DNA from: Patellaria atrata CBS 101060
Taxonomy: Eukaryota
Assembly: GCA_010093705.1 (NCBI GenBank)
Contig: MU006095.1
Span: forward strand, 1,219,016 to 1,283,015
Reading direction: 5' to 3'
DNA length: 64,000 nt
The position numbers were made by a program, and so were the translations under genes. Of the stretch, positions 1 through 13,349 are shown piece after piece. The notes under the pieces were generated by a model. It saw only the letters and a list, made by a program, of their open reading frames with translations, searched no databases and was not told the origin of the DNA. Position 1 is the stretch's first letter, and each line of letters begins with the position of its first letter.

Positions 1-125
1 TTTGGTTTCGTCTAAAATATGTTTGCCGTTATACAGAATACATTGGTCGGGCTCTATAATGCTGCGTTTGTGCACGATATGACGACTTTTGGTTTGCCTC
101 TCGTATATAGGAATAGCCTCTTTCA

Positions 126-1662
126 TCATAGCCCTTCCTTTGCTAGCATGTCTATAAACACATCACGTCAGCGAGAACTAATTACAGGGTTACTGATGAG
201 ATAGCACTTACCAGCAATATCGAGGTAGAAAGCGATAGCGTTGAATCTGTAAATCGTAAGCGAAGTCCGTAAGACATGAAGTTTATGCCCACTTCCGTCC
301 TTGGCCAGTTATGGAGTAGAAGAACCACTGTGAAACCGGTGAGAATGATGATCTACTTGATTCTAGCAAGATGGAACTCTAACCTTCATACGATTTGACC
401 AGTTGATCAGATCCAAATGACTGACTCCAACTAGAGTTCCCTTGTACTCCCCCCATTGACTACTAGCAACACTAGGAGATATTAATTCAGTAATGATTCA
501 TATAAAGATAGGGTATAATATTCACCTGACGAGCCCATCATTCGGAGAACCCTCCATTCGCTTAATGATTGCATGGGACGGACGGAAGATCGAAAAGAGT
601 GTTGGTTCAAGCGTAGCCCCGTAGGAGTAATACCTGATACCTCAGTGATGGTAGTTCTAAAACAATCATTATAACGGAAATACTTACCGCACTCCTCCCC
701 GGTCAGGAGTTTTCGGGTTAAAATTTTCTTGCATATATTTCCTCGTCAATTGTGGGAATGCCGCGTGTTCGAAGCCAAACCATTCCATAGCCTTAAATAC
801 TCTAGGCAGTCGAGTAGCTAGAATAGATAAATCAGAACATTTGCGTGCTAGCTAAAGTTATAATTCAACTCACTTCCAATGAGATCAAATGTGTAATCTG
901 CAAAAGCCGACCCTGGGAATTATCAGCGTCAATCACTCATAGGAGCTTGGTGTGGTTCACCTCTATGTGGAGTAGCTATAGTGGTCAACGATAGCGCGTT
1001 GACATTGGTTGGTTTGAGTTGACTGAGCATATATCTCGAATCGAGTCCGCTTATTATACATTAGTTTGAGTCCTTCACTGGTATCAATGTGCATACCCCT
1101 ATAGCAGTAAGCATCACATTTTGAAATATTATTCATATACCACATATTACCATGCTATGTCTGTTAGTCGAATTAGCATCATTTCTTTTACTAGTAGAGC
1201 GAAAGAAAACGAACGCTATGATATTGACGCTCTTTCCGGCTGCCTTTTGAGCGATGATTTCAGATAGCTTTTCAGCTCTAGCTTCGATCGATCCGGATGG
1301 AGGAACCGTTGCAATAATCACTTCGATGTCCTTTTCACGCAACGCTTCGGTAATGCCACGCCAGTACTGAACGCCTGGTAAATTTGGAACCAGACGAAGC
1401 TCGTTGAATCCTAATAATCCGTGGGCAAGGATCAAGGGATTCTTGGGCTTTTCTGCACACATTCATGAGCTCGTGACACATTGCCAATGGAAGTTCATTG
1501 ATATTTACCATAGTTCTCGCGGATGATAGCATATTCACCTTCGATAACTCGACCAAGATCACCAAGTTTGGGGTCATTTAACAAGACTCTTGCAGTACTG
1601 AACGCTCGGTGTTGATAGGGACCTCTGCAAACTGCTGCGCAGAGTGAACGTTGTATATACAT
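126..1662 (-). CDS. TGL2: Triacylglycerol lipase, TGL2-like alpha/beta hydrolase (many introns)
   Basis: Exons give LILAHGLLGF, VQYWRGI, AHSMGGLDSRY (assembled across micro-exons), TIATPHRG, NDGLVSV and the C-terminus FNAIAFYLDIADMLAKEGL*. The N-terminus is Arg/Ser-rich and presequence-like (MYIQRSLCAAVCR...). Confidence 0.85.
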
Positions 1663-2078
1663 CGTATGAGTTGATTTCTGCAGTATGCATATTGAAGTAG
1701 GACCCATCAATAAAATAATCACAAAGATGAAATGGGTAGCAGTTGAGATGAAGCTCTTCACGCGTTTACAGGGTGAGCTCGCTTAGTATGACGTCGTTAA
1801 AAGCGAACTGTAAGAAGTCTCTGCTGGGCGAATATTTTTCTTATAACAGATATTATTTTGATACCTGGGAAATTTGGCTGATGAGTATTTTGATTGGTGC
1901 TTAACATGCCAAAGAATTTTCATTGTAGCATACATCATAAATTTAGTCCAGAATAGACCTCCCTTCTATGATATCAGTACAGGACGCACCAAGTTCATTG
2001 CTCAGCAACATAGCATCTCATAATAACATCGCTGTCAGTCGAACCCTTAGTGCAGAAATCACTGAGCTAGATGGTTGC

Positions 2079-2694
2079 TCATTGCTTTCGCGGTTCTGGG
2101 TTCGGGCTAGTAACCGCCGTCAGGAGATCTTCGACCACTTTTGATCCTTTGTCGTTTCCAATAGCCTTGATCTCCTTTAACTTCTCCTCCGTCTCCTTAT
2201 TTGCCTCTTCCTCGGCCTTCTTGTTGCCGCTGCTATGCTATAAGAATGTCAGCAATTGTGCTGACCCGAGATATCCAGATATGGTAATTTCTGCTCATAC
2301 CTCGTTCTCGAAAGCCTTGAACTCTTCCTCTTTTTGGGCGCGGTATTCCTCAATCTCCTTTTGTGCCTCACTTCGAGCGTCTTTTACTCTCTTGGTTCGA
2401 TCTAAAGGGGGCCGAAATTAGGATATCTACTGGGTAAACCCATCATGCGGTCTTCTTACACTCTCTGGCTACTTGACGTTAGCCGGCGAACAGTTCAAAG
2501 CAAGCGGACAGCATATACCTTTTTGTACTATCTTCTGTGCGTCACGTTCGGCCTATATAAGTTAAGCTACAGTTTGGCTCTTTTGAACGGAGGAGGCCTA
2601 CATCTAGTAGGGTTTGGATACCGGCCGAATTTTGTGCAGACTAGGATTACATTAACTTGATTAAATTTATGGATATCATTGAAGATCGCACCAT
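2079..2694 (-). CDS. VMA10: V-type H+-ATPase subunit G
   Basis: Spliced product MSAQNSAGIQTLLDAEREAQKIVQKAREYRTKRVKDARSEAQKEIEEYRAQKEEEFK... The first coding exon is the ATG only, and there is a 9-nt exon at 2460-2468. Confidence 0.93.
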
Positions 2695-2920
2695 CTTAAA
2701 GTATCTTGCTTTGAGAGTTTTCGAGATCTTGATACTGGTGACTGAGGTGAGATGCCCGCCGTGGAGAGCAAGATTGCCAAGTTAGGTGGTCATAGCTTCA
2801 CGAAGTTGTTTTCCAGGTTGCATGCGTAAGGTCGGGTAGGTCAGGACAGGAACTGTGAAGGAGTATCTTTTGCAACAAGTCGAGCATCTTATGCTTTTAT
2901 AATCATTTACATTACTCGCC

Positions 2921-3216
2921 ATGTCAACCGCTTCAAAGTTCACTTTAGCTACTACAGCATTGGGAGCAATTGGCATTGTTATCTTCGTCCACTATGGACA
3001 GAAAACAGAAAAAGCTGTAAGCTACGAGTCATCTGGATGGAGAACCAGCTTAACTAACATGTTTAGGCTATGCATGCCGGCGTAATAAGAGATATGGAGC
3101 AACAAAGGATAAAGAGGGAGCGATTGTTAGACTTCGAGGCCCAGAAAGCTTTGGAACAAGAGTACCGAAAAATCCAGACAGTAAAGGAAGATCCGCCAGT
3201 TGCTGAACAGCGGTGA
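2921..3216 (+). CDS. PET117: Cytochrome c oxidase assembly factor Pet117 (one intron; not in ORF track)
   Basis: MSTASKFTLATTALGAIGIVIFVHYGQKTEKA | AMHAGVIRDMEQQRIKRERLLDFEAQKALEQEYRKIQTV..., with a GTAAGC...CTAAC...TAG intron. Confidence 0.9.
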
Positions 3217-4287
3217 TGTACGAAAGATTACTTAGGTCTGTCACAGTCTAAGTGTCATCTATATCCGAACGAGATGTGTATCGCGGCTACGATATCCCCT
3301 CGCCGAAGTATATAAGTTTGCGAAAGCGTATCTGACTACGGATCACATGCATCAACATGGGACGAGGACAAGCAAACCGCTTCTAGTCCAAAACGAACGT
3401 CTCTATTCTGGTTGTCCCGAATATATGGTACACGATGAGCAATTCCTGAGACTCTTGATGTTCACCTCAGGCTGAAGTTGGGATTCAAATCGATACACCC
3501 GGCGCAAGTTGACGACCGCTCTTAGGAGGACGAGCACACTTGACGCTCTAGACCGTAGTTACTAGCTCGCCTTGATCTTCTGCAGATCTACTCGCCTCCT
3601 AATTAGCTCTCGAAGTGGTGAATTGTTAAGATTTAGGGGGTGGTGGATGGATAGTATATCCAATGTTTTGTGTTACTTCGACTACTACACTGTTATCATG
3701 TCGAGGTCGTTTCCGCAGACTGGATAACCAATGCGGTATACATTTTATTGTATCCTTTGAGGATTTTTTATTCGCCTAGAACGTCAATGTGACCTTTCAA
3801 ACCAGAACTTTGTGTAATTGTAGAACCGTGGCTTTGTTGCATTGCGGATAGTCCATGGCCAGATGCGGTGGGTCTAAGACAAAATGGCTTTACATTCTGC
3901 AATCTTTCAAGAAGACGATTTCCCAATCTATTCCCACAATTATCTTTCCTTTCCTCCGAACAATTGCAGGACACGGAATAAGTTGTGAAGCGCGCTGTCT
4001 CATCTCAACGCGGAGCGCACGCGAACGATTGGCCAAGAGTCGATCTCCCGTTCGTTGCTGAGGGCGACCGCCGAATCAACAATCAAACACGGCGAACCCT
4101 CAAGAAAACGCAACTTCCCACTCATTCCTAATCGTACATGACACATTCAACTATTCTTCTCAAAAAGCGGTCTTAAGTGAGAAATAACGTTCTTTGACTT
4201 CCACTTTTCTTAGTCCCACGGCGCATTCCTGCATTCCACCGTACCAAAGCGCTCCACTACCTTATTTCTTTGACGGCTTCCAGCATC

Positions 4288-4968
4288 ATGAATCCAGTTC
4301 TTAGTCCTCCACCTGCAACTGCAGCAGCAGATATGGATACGGTGAAATCTTCCACTGTAACTCTATCATCAACCAATAATGCTAATGTTACCAAACGGTA
4401 ATCCTCCATAACTCCAAGTCCCCACCCTCACCTACAAAATAAATAGCTAATGAACTATATCAGACTACAAAGCGAACTCATGTCTCTAATGATGTCCTCG
4501 ACACCCGGTGTCTCCGCCTTCCCTAACGATGGCGACCTCCTAAACTGGACAGGGACGATCGTCGGCCCAGATGCCACTCCCTACGAGGGACTTACCTTCA
4601 AACTCTCATTCAACTTCCCGACCACATATCCTTACGCGCCGCCTACAGTGCTGTTCAAAACACCCATCTACCATCCTAACATCGACTTCTCAGGACGGAT
4701 ATGTCTTGATATTCTTAAGGACAAGTGGAGCGCTATATATAATGTTCAGAGCGTGTTGTTGAGTTTACAGAGTCTGCTGGGGGAGCCCAATAAGTGAGTA
4801 CTAGAAAGGATTTCTTGCATATTCTGCTATGGATTGGATCAGTGCTAATGGGTGTATAGTGCGAGTCCTCTCAATGGTCAAGCAGCCGAGTTGTGGGATA
4901 AAGATCCGGTCGAGTATAAGCGATTGGTATTAGGTCGACATCGGGACCTTACAGATGATGAATTGTAG
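4288..4968 (+). CDS. UBC11: Ubiquitin-conjugating enzyme E2, UBE2C/Ubc11 (E2-C) type; two introns
   Basis: [44 protein letters not shown] (catalytic Cys), SLLGEPN|NASPLN. Confidence 0.9.
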
Positions 4969-7900
4969 ATGTGAAACGTTCAATAGGATATACATGATTG
5001 GAACGAGGTCATCGGGGAATATGTCATGGCACCTCTTTTCTCCCTTATTAACGAGTCTATGCTGTATTCTCGTCCCTCTACTTGAGACATCATGGTACGG
5101 TGTCGGTCATGGGGTTTATTGAACAGCAGCTGAGCGTTCAGGGTTAACTTGCATTGATGGTCTCTCCTAGTCGTCCCTGAATATCAACACCTTTTGTACG
5201 TTTAATTTATACAGCGGATACTGCATCTTGAGCCCCGCGATCGACCCATAACTCTTCCGATTAACCTAGCCTGCAATTTTATTCTTCTGTCATCTTTACG
5301 CAAGTATTATCTATTTGAGCCTCGCCGACATGTACCAGATACCGTATGAGGCTCTCGATTGATTGTAGCCGTTGTGGGGTCGGGGAATACATATAATAAG
5401 CCACCATCTCAGGTACGGGATACAGTACCTGGCATCCAGACGATATTAATAAACTACAATGTCGCTTCTCCACGATTAATATGCGGAACCACAAGTTTTC
5501 GGCGGGCTTACCACGATATTACCTTCTGGGCCCCGCTCATCAGCGAATTTATAGTACAAAGGGTAATACGGATTGTGGGACTTGGTCGGCGCTGGTATTA
5601 CCTAAAGGTGCTGCACTCCGCCATTTTCATATGGAGAGGAGCAACTTTAAGTCATTGATGCACCCGAATTCTCGGACACACTGGACTCGAGATGGCGTAA
5701 CCTCCGGCGTTCAGTTCAGTCTGGATGAAGGTGGGGTCTAGTGCCTATCAGAATACTTACAATATCCAAGTGCTACAGTAACCATACTAACTAATGCATA
5801 GGTACTAGATTAGAGAGTCTATTATACCCGTTTCCCGTCAATCAAAAAAAAAAAGATATGGTGTGTTACGGCGATAGAGATCAAAATTCACGGACGAAGA
5901 AGGTAGTTATGGCGGCATCATCGATAAGGTAAAGGAAAGTATTTCGTACCTCAACTCAACGGGCAGCGGCACGGCCCATATTGCTGACAGTGCCGCACAT
6001 GCCAACGTAGCGAGGATTAGATCGCACATCGCATCCAGCTCTGACAGGAAGGTCTAGAAAGAAGGGTGATGTGCTGGTTACAAGACTATAACTTGGAGCC
6101 GGGCGGGCAGAGGAAAAGGTGTGACCGCCCGCCATTGTTGATCAGTTGATGATGGATCTACTGTACCCGTTGCAAGTGGTCCACCTGCGACTAGCTTTTA
6201 AGGATCTTTTTTTGAAGAATAATGAAGAGTTGAAGACACCACCGTTAGTACGATTATTCATACGAGAGAGTTCCCAGCACCCAATTATTTCCTCTTCCCC
6301 TAGATGCGGATTAGCAAAGAGACCAGGACCCCACGGGCTGAGATCCCGAGCGAACGAGGGATGTGTCAGATTCCGGACCTGTCGCTCTTGGGTTGTGGCT
6401 GCAGGCGTGCCCTTCTCCCCGGGGCTGACCGCTGACGAAGGAGAGAGGTTGTTTGGTGCTCGTTGTAGCGGGGAGAGCGAGCGAGGGATGAATCCCGCGT
6501 GTTGGAAAGTCAGCGCCGCTTGATCTTGACAGGGCGAAGTAAACCGTAGGCCTAAGAGAGAGAATGTAGTCGCCTGAGGTTATAAGAGACTATTCTATGC
6601 TTCAAGAATAGATGATGAAACGAAACATGAACGATGAATTGCCCGGAGCAGGCTCCCCCCCCCTGTATCAGGAACACGAAACAGGTACGGCCGCGGGAGG
6701 GCAGAGGGTACAACATTGGCACGATCATAGGCCCTTGAATTAGGTTGAGTCTTTGAACTTTTGGCCCACGGCGAACCAGTTTGTCGAACTTGTAATGCTG
6801 CAGCTTGCTACTGTACGGAGGTACTGTACCTTGGGTTATAGCCTGTAGTGCTGTGGTGCAACTCGATCGTAAAACGGCTGATGCCCTGAATGAAGCAGTT
6901 GGGAGGGGGGGGGGACTATATCTGCAGCTATTATTATTGGAGCCTTTCCGTTTTCTCCATTACTTGGGGAATGGGGCAGTCAGACGACGAAGAAAGCCCT
7001 GTCTACGGTACCCTTTTTGACATTGTTAAGTTTAAAGGGCAAGCCAAATATAGTGTTGCCCTCTCCATTCTGCTTTGCCTGTATTCCTGTACGAGTGACC
7101 CTGAACCGTATACCGGAGAACTATGATGGGCATGCTTTGCTTATTGATCCATCTAATCAGTTCCTTGGGTCTGCCTTGTATAGGGTACTGTAATAGCGGG
7201 AAGATTCGGGAATGAGCCGCAAAGTAAAAGCCAGAGATGTTAGAGAGCCACCGCTTATATATAAGCTGGCTGGAAGCATGATCTCATAAGAGTATGAATA
7301 AAAGAGCGGACCGGAGAACTTGTTGCGGGTGCCATGGGAATCACGGCAACTTGCATGCAAGTTTCACTGCAGCTACAGCAGACAGACACTGCATAATTGT
7401 TTCTGAGGGACAAGACATCTATTCTGTAGTCATGTGCTATGCCTAGAAAACTTCCAAGAGGGACTTTTTGGCTCGAAGAACGAGGAATCGATCGTTCGAT
7501 CGGGCATTCAGACATGCTGGCTGACCTTCAGTCTGTAGTTCAAGCTGTTTACCGCACCAGCCGTACCATTCTGGTGCTTTGTCTGAAGAACCGTAGTTCT
7601 AAGACATGCATGATATTTTAAGTTTGGACTTGCTGTTTAAACTGTACTGTACTTTGTTTTAGACAAAGGGACAACCACTGGTGACAGAATCAACATTACC
7701 CTCTATACATGGAGTCTCAACACTGTAAAAGGAAGGACAATACTGTAGGACAGTACGAATAGCAATTCCTTCACGTATAGACTATGTGGGAGGGTCGTGT
7801 TCGCTGGTTGATGACAAGAAGTAATAGTAATACTGTAAATGAAATGGGGAAAGACAACCTAAGCTGGGAGACGCAAGCCCAGCTGTTCGATGCAAATGTC

Positions 7901-8402
7901 CGGCACTCTTTCGGTTTGGTCTTTTTGCCTTTTCGAATTTCGAGGGTATGGAAGACTTTATTTTTCGATCAAGGGGATCTTCGGCTCGCCCTTGTCAAAA
8001 TGAGGCACCTGGTGGCTTGAGAGCATGCTGAGGTGCATTCCACTGTTCAGTGCCCTCTACTTCCACTTCACTCCCACCAATTCCGATTCCTCACCACCTC
8101 ACCTCTCTTCGCAATTCTTGTCTTTGAACTTCCTCACCTGAACTTACCTCAAACCCGCCTGCCTCTCTGCCAACTCAAGAAACAGCTCACTTGCTGTAAC
8201 TCGTCATCCAATTTTGTTTGCAAACTGACAACCGGAGCTAGCAATCGTTTCCCTCCGTCTTCCTCATGACGCTCCTCTCACCTTCTTTGAAGTTGGTCCA
8301 TTCCTACTTCATATAAACACTCTACTTGTTATAGAATCCCCAAAATATTCCCCACGGAATAAATCCTACTCTTGAAGATATCATTCACGGAAACGGTGAG
8401 CT

Positions 8403-10402
8403 ATGGCTTCTACAGCCATGTTCAACTATCCCGTTTCCCTTCATGGGGCCCCGGATACCTACATCGGGAAGCCGGAAGCAAGAAGTAAAGCTGTACAAGT
8501 CATGCAGCTTGAAATGACCCAAGATGTTATCGACGAACTTCTGGAGAGCGTTCGTAGTGGAAAGCCTCCTCAAATTCTTTTCGGTCGAGCTCCCGTAAGT
8601 TGGATTACCGTTTATGAATCGTCCCTCGTACATAGTATCCCTACACCTGCTTAGAACAATTTGAAATAACAATGGTATCATTGCAGACAATACGTTATGG
8701 GTCGAAGAGTCACATGCTCGAAGCGTCGCAAGAAAAATACCGTCATGAATTATACAGGGTAGGGGGTGAAGAGACGGAGAACGAAATGGCATTCGCTGGA
8801 CTGATAAACACCACCCTTTCCATACAGAAAGTAGATGAAGCAACCGCTGGGGTAGACGCAGCTCTAGAAACGCTAAAGAACAATATTGCAACTATCAATA
8901 GGGAAAAGGAAGCTCAAAAGTATGTCATTGTCATTGTTGTTCATTGACCCAGATATTCATCAAATGCTATTGTGACTTTAGAAAACATGTGAACTGACAA
9001 TACCATTTTCGACAATAGACTTCAGGGCAGTCCACTTATAAAATCGTCCTCGCTGAACAAAATGTCATCTACGTCGAAGAAAACATCTCCGCTCAGCACT
9101 TTTCAAGATCCTACATCAAATTCCCCTTTACTAAGCAATCTACAATCACCGAACATGCCTTCGTCTCGATTGAGCCAGAAGAAGTACGACGCTATACGGC
9201 TGGCCGTACTTCACAAGCTTGCTGCCACCCCCCCAGGCCGGTACAAGTCCTTTGATGTTGTCGAAGCCAAATTCGCCCAAGAAGTGCGAGCGTACCGTTC
9301 TCAAGTAGCCCCTTTCATCAGGGAATTCATGAAACCAATCGATCCCAAGAAGACGTCGGAAGTTGTACTAGCCGACAAATTTTATAAGCAAGTCAATTAC
9401 CAAGGATTCGACTACAATGCCGTAGACCGAGAAACGGCAATTGAGAACGCGATCAAGGCTTTTGATCGCATGCGTCTCCCTTCAACTTCGGGTTTTTGGC
9501 AGAGACTTCTACCCGAAGAAGAACGAAAACAAGGGAAATGCTTGTCACGGTTGAACCTCCGTACCGGACCTCCCGAGACAACCACCAGTACCGCCCCTCG
9601 AGCTCAGTCCATCGAAAAGAAGATGGCTGCAGCGATGAAAGCCGGCCCAAAGAAGATGGCCGAGAAAAAGAGCGAGTCCAAGGAGCATGAGAAGAACCCG
9701 GAGACAGCTGTTGGTATGAAAAAAAAAGCGGCCATCGTACCCACGAATACGGATATCGTACCGTCCAGCACAAAGTCTCGAGATACAAAGATCGTACAAA
9801 CCTCGACTAACAAAGTCCCAGTGTCCAAGAAGACATTGGATGAATTACAAGCGAGAAAGAAATTAGAATCTAGGCAAACTCCTCTTGCTAAGAGTTCAGC
9901 CATACGGCCGACCCAAAAATCAATCCAGGCTAACAAACCCAAAAACCCGTCGCCATTGAGCGTTTCCCCCCCTCTTAATGCGTCGGACTTCGCAAATGGA
10001 AAATCCGCTCGCAAGGAGCTCTCTTCACACAAACCTCTGAAGCGCAAAGCAGTCGATGACGATAACAGCAACGTCAAGCGTACCAAGACCGACCGTGTCT
10101 CAATTCCAGTGAACGGCATAGCTTCGCTCTCCAGTTCTGGAGCAAGTCTCAAGAATTCCCTTGGATACACTTCCCCAAGCTCGGACTCTTCCACCAGCCC
10201 GACCCTCTCCTTTCACCAAATCGTAGAGCTTTCTCAAAAGTTCAAACGGTACTACGACCGTTACGAAAGACTCTATCATCAGATTGCCGACAACGCTGAC
10301 CCTCCCAGTCCCGAGAAGCGCGAAGCTCTCTTACGAATGCACACTAAGCTGGCTGAGATGAAGAAGGAGATTCGTGCCGGTACTCAAGGTCCCCTAGCTT
10401 GA
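8403..10402 (+). CDS. Probable RNA polymerase II elongation factor ELL-like protein (C-terminal occludin/ELL-like domain); two introns
   Basis: Three joinable ORFs (8403, 8672, 9062). The C-terminal helical segment ELSQKFKRYYDRYERLYHQI...LLRMHTKLAEMKKEI resembles an occludin/ELL domain, and there is a basic NLS-like KRKA. The family assignment is from pattern recognition only. Confidence 0.6.
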
Positions 10403-11559
10403 ACGCATGATTGAGTTCTTGGAATAAGAGTAGGAAATTTTTAACCCGGATAAGCATTTACATTGGTGGTTATGGTCATGGTCTTTAGATATGGTGTTCC
10501 TTCGATTTGCATTTTTGTCGGCTCATGGTTTGGCGTATTGGTTGAAACATTGGCTCATGAACATATGATCTTTGAGCGACTAGATCGTGGTGTCTGCAAA
10601 GACAGACCCTCCCACCCGACAGATGATGGACGTTGGTTTTGGTAGACTTGGTGGATTATTTGGTCGATTGCATCGGATCTGGCGACCCCGCTGGTTGGTA
10701 TTATGAGAAAGACTTTTGTCATGACGTTGAACGTCACATTATAACATCGATACGTCCCGTTCTGGTCATTCGGATAGGACGTCAGTTTTTAGGTAGCTTG
10801 AATGATACTGATTACATACCCCAGCCCATAACCATCTAGGCTGTAGCTATGTCTGACTCTCCTACTACTACCTCCTCTGTCTGGTCTTCTTCCTCTTCTC
10901 GCACCAGTCCACGCCCATCCCATTCCTTGATATTTGCTAGGTCAGTTTAGCTGCTTCAATTAGTATACTTACTATATCTAGTATATCCAGTAGTACGTAT
11001 AGGCCTAGGGACGCGTGAGGCGGGAGATACAGACGCGGCAACAAGCTAAGTCTCACTTCCGTAGGCACTTTTCACGCTCAAACTCGGTGGCACTTGAGGG
11101 GGTCCAGCGGAGGTGGAAGTATTGAGAATAATCGCGGGGGAGAGGTGTTCGAGTCTTGGGAATCCCAACACTGTCCTAAAATGATGCTAATAGGAGTTCG
11201 TGGTGTTAGTGCTGATAAGGGGTGTGGTGTAGGTTCCCCATGGCAGGATTCACTGGCAATTGCTTTTATCGTTGGGGTTTTGTATGGGAATAAAGGACAG
11301 TAAACAGTCGCATATGCACTCTTAACTCGAAAATAAGACATATAGAACTTATTTGGTCCTATCCTATACACACCGTTATAGCCAAGGAAAATCCCTCAAG
11401 ATACCAGGCCATTTCCACTATTATCCACCAAAAAGGTTACTGTTATGTATGCTTGCCTCCTTGGCAAACCATGCCTCATAATGAAATTCGTAACATATCG
11501 TAACTAGTCCTCCTTTTTGGAAGTACTTGTACAGTACTTGCTATCCAGGGTTTAGATCG

Positions 11560-13349
11560 TTAGTAGGTGTAGCGGAAACCTGCTTCGCTGCCTTCGATCT
11601 TCAGCTCGCCGCGATCTGCCTTCTTGTTGTCGAAGTAGAATTTGGTGTCGAGCACAGCGACGATGACCAGGATGAGAAGGCCGCAAGCGATGCACGCGTA
11701 GATGCCGGGTTTGTAGCCTGGTGCATCTTGGCTCCTGTAGAAGTGCGTTAGACTGATACTCCAAAGGTGATCCACGGTCTAGTCTTTTTTGAATGCTTAC
11801 CTGAAGACCAAACTACCAGCGATACCGCCAACACCGCCAAATCCGACCAAGAGCGCACTGCAGAAGGCACGTTTCCACTGCCCACGGATGTTGTTCGCCT
11901 GATAAGACATGCATTGCGGGATGTTTGCGTTCGCGCCGGCCGTGACGAGAAAGACTCCGAAATAACGGACTGCGTTATTCGAATGGAATCCCATGATAGG
12001 AAGGCCGATGAGCGTTAAGATCGCGTTGAATGCGATGAGTGGGCCACGGAAGCGCATCTTATCACCGATCCAACCAGTTGCGAACATGACAATACCCGCA
12101 AACGCATAAGGAGGCGCAACAAGGCATTGACTAGCCGCAATGCTGAAACCCATACCGCCGTGAAGGATAATTGGGAGAAAATAGGCCAGCGCATAGGTGA
12201 CGGTCGTGAGCGAGAAGAAGATAAGGGCGAATCCCCAGACCTTAATATCCAGGCCTGCAGCGAGAAACGATGAGAGCTTGAATGGCATGACAGCGGAATC
12301 GCCTCGGTCAGCATCGACGCGCCTGATGATGAAGGCAGCTTCGCGTTCCGTGAGGAATTTCCAGGACGTGTGGGCTTTATCCGGGAAGTCGACAAGGAGC
12401 CAGTAACCAATGACCGCAATTAAGCAGGTGATGATACCTTCCATGATGAAGATCCATCTCCATCCACTCAGGTCAGCTAGGCCCTTCATTTGCATGAGAC
12501 CGTAGGCAAGAATGCCAGCGAATGCGGAAGCAACGCAACCCAGAAGATAGAACGCAGCATAACGTTTACCGACCTCGTCTAGATGCTGTTAGGAAAGTCC
12601 TTGATAACTCATGATACAGGAGACTCTTACATCGAGTATACCATGTGGAGAGAAGGTAGACGCAGCTTGGGAAGAAACCGGCCTTGGAGTAACCTTAGTC
12701 TACTTCTCATGTGGTGGATTCCTAAGTCCAGAAGCTTACCTCGAAAATACCAAGGACGATACGAAGGGCGACGAGCTGTGTCCATTCTTCTACGAAACCC
12801 ATTCCGATCATGACAGCACCCCATAGTAAAGTGATAGTGGCAAGATGGATCCTAGGACCGATCTTTCGAACAATGACTATGTGATATGTAAGCGGACGTG
12901 TTCAGATACAATTGCTGAAAGTTAATCATGTTGTACGAACTGGTAGAAGGAGGCTGGAAAACGACGTAGGTCGTGAAGAAGACCAGGGTAACGATAGACT
13001 TTTCGAGTGATTAGCGCTTGAGTTGATGGATTACACTGATGAGGAGCACAAACATAACGAAAGTCGATGAGGTTAAGCTCAACTTCCATTCTGTATCCAT
13101 ACATTAGCAAAGTAAACACAAAATCAAGTCACGTGTGTAGCCTCACCCAGCAATATTAGCAGCGCTCAAGTTGGTCCGGTCCATAAGACTGATGCAGTAC
13201 ATGAGGCCGACGGTGGTGACCAGACGCCTATCAATCCGGTTGATGAGCGCCCTCTGCTCCTTGGGCGTCAACTCCTCATCGAAGCTCGAGTCGGATCCTT
13301 TCGTGTTGAAATGATTGACACCAGACTCCTTCTCGATATCGGTCGCCAT
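11560..13349 (-). CDS. MFS transporter, anion:cation symporter (Dal5/Tna1/phthalate-permease-like) family; multiple introns
   Basis: RIDRRL..., SLMDRTNLSAANIAG, GLLEAGFFP, GWRWIFIMEG, NNIRGQWKRA, ending GFRYTY*. Confidence 0.9.

Noticed and set aside
5000..8400. Telomerase RNA or RNase P/MRP RNA
   Set aside because: No TAACCCTAA-type template was found, and the GGAAGGTC/GGAAAGTC matches lack a complementary P4 partner.
9453..10194. Antisense ORFs over the ELL-like gene, and similar shadow ORFs over ATG2, the deaminase, the kinase and CTNNBL1
   Set aside because: They are frame shadows of real coding sequence with no independent domain signal.
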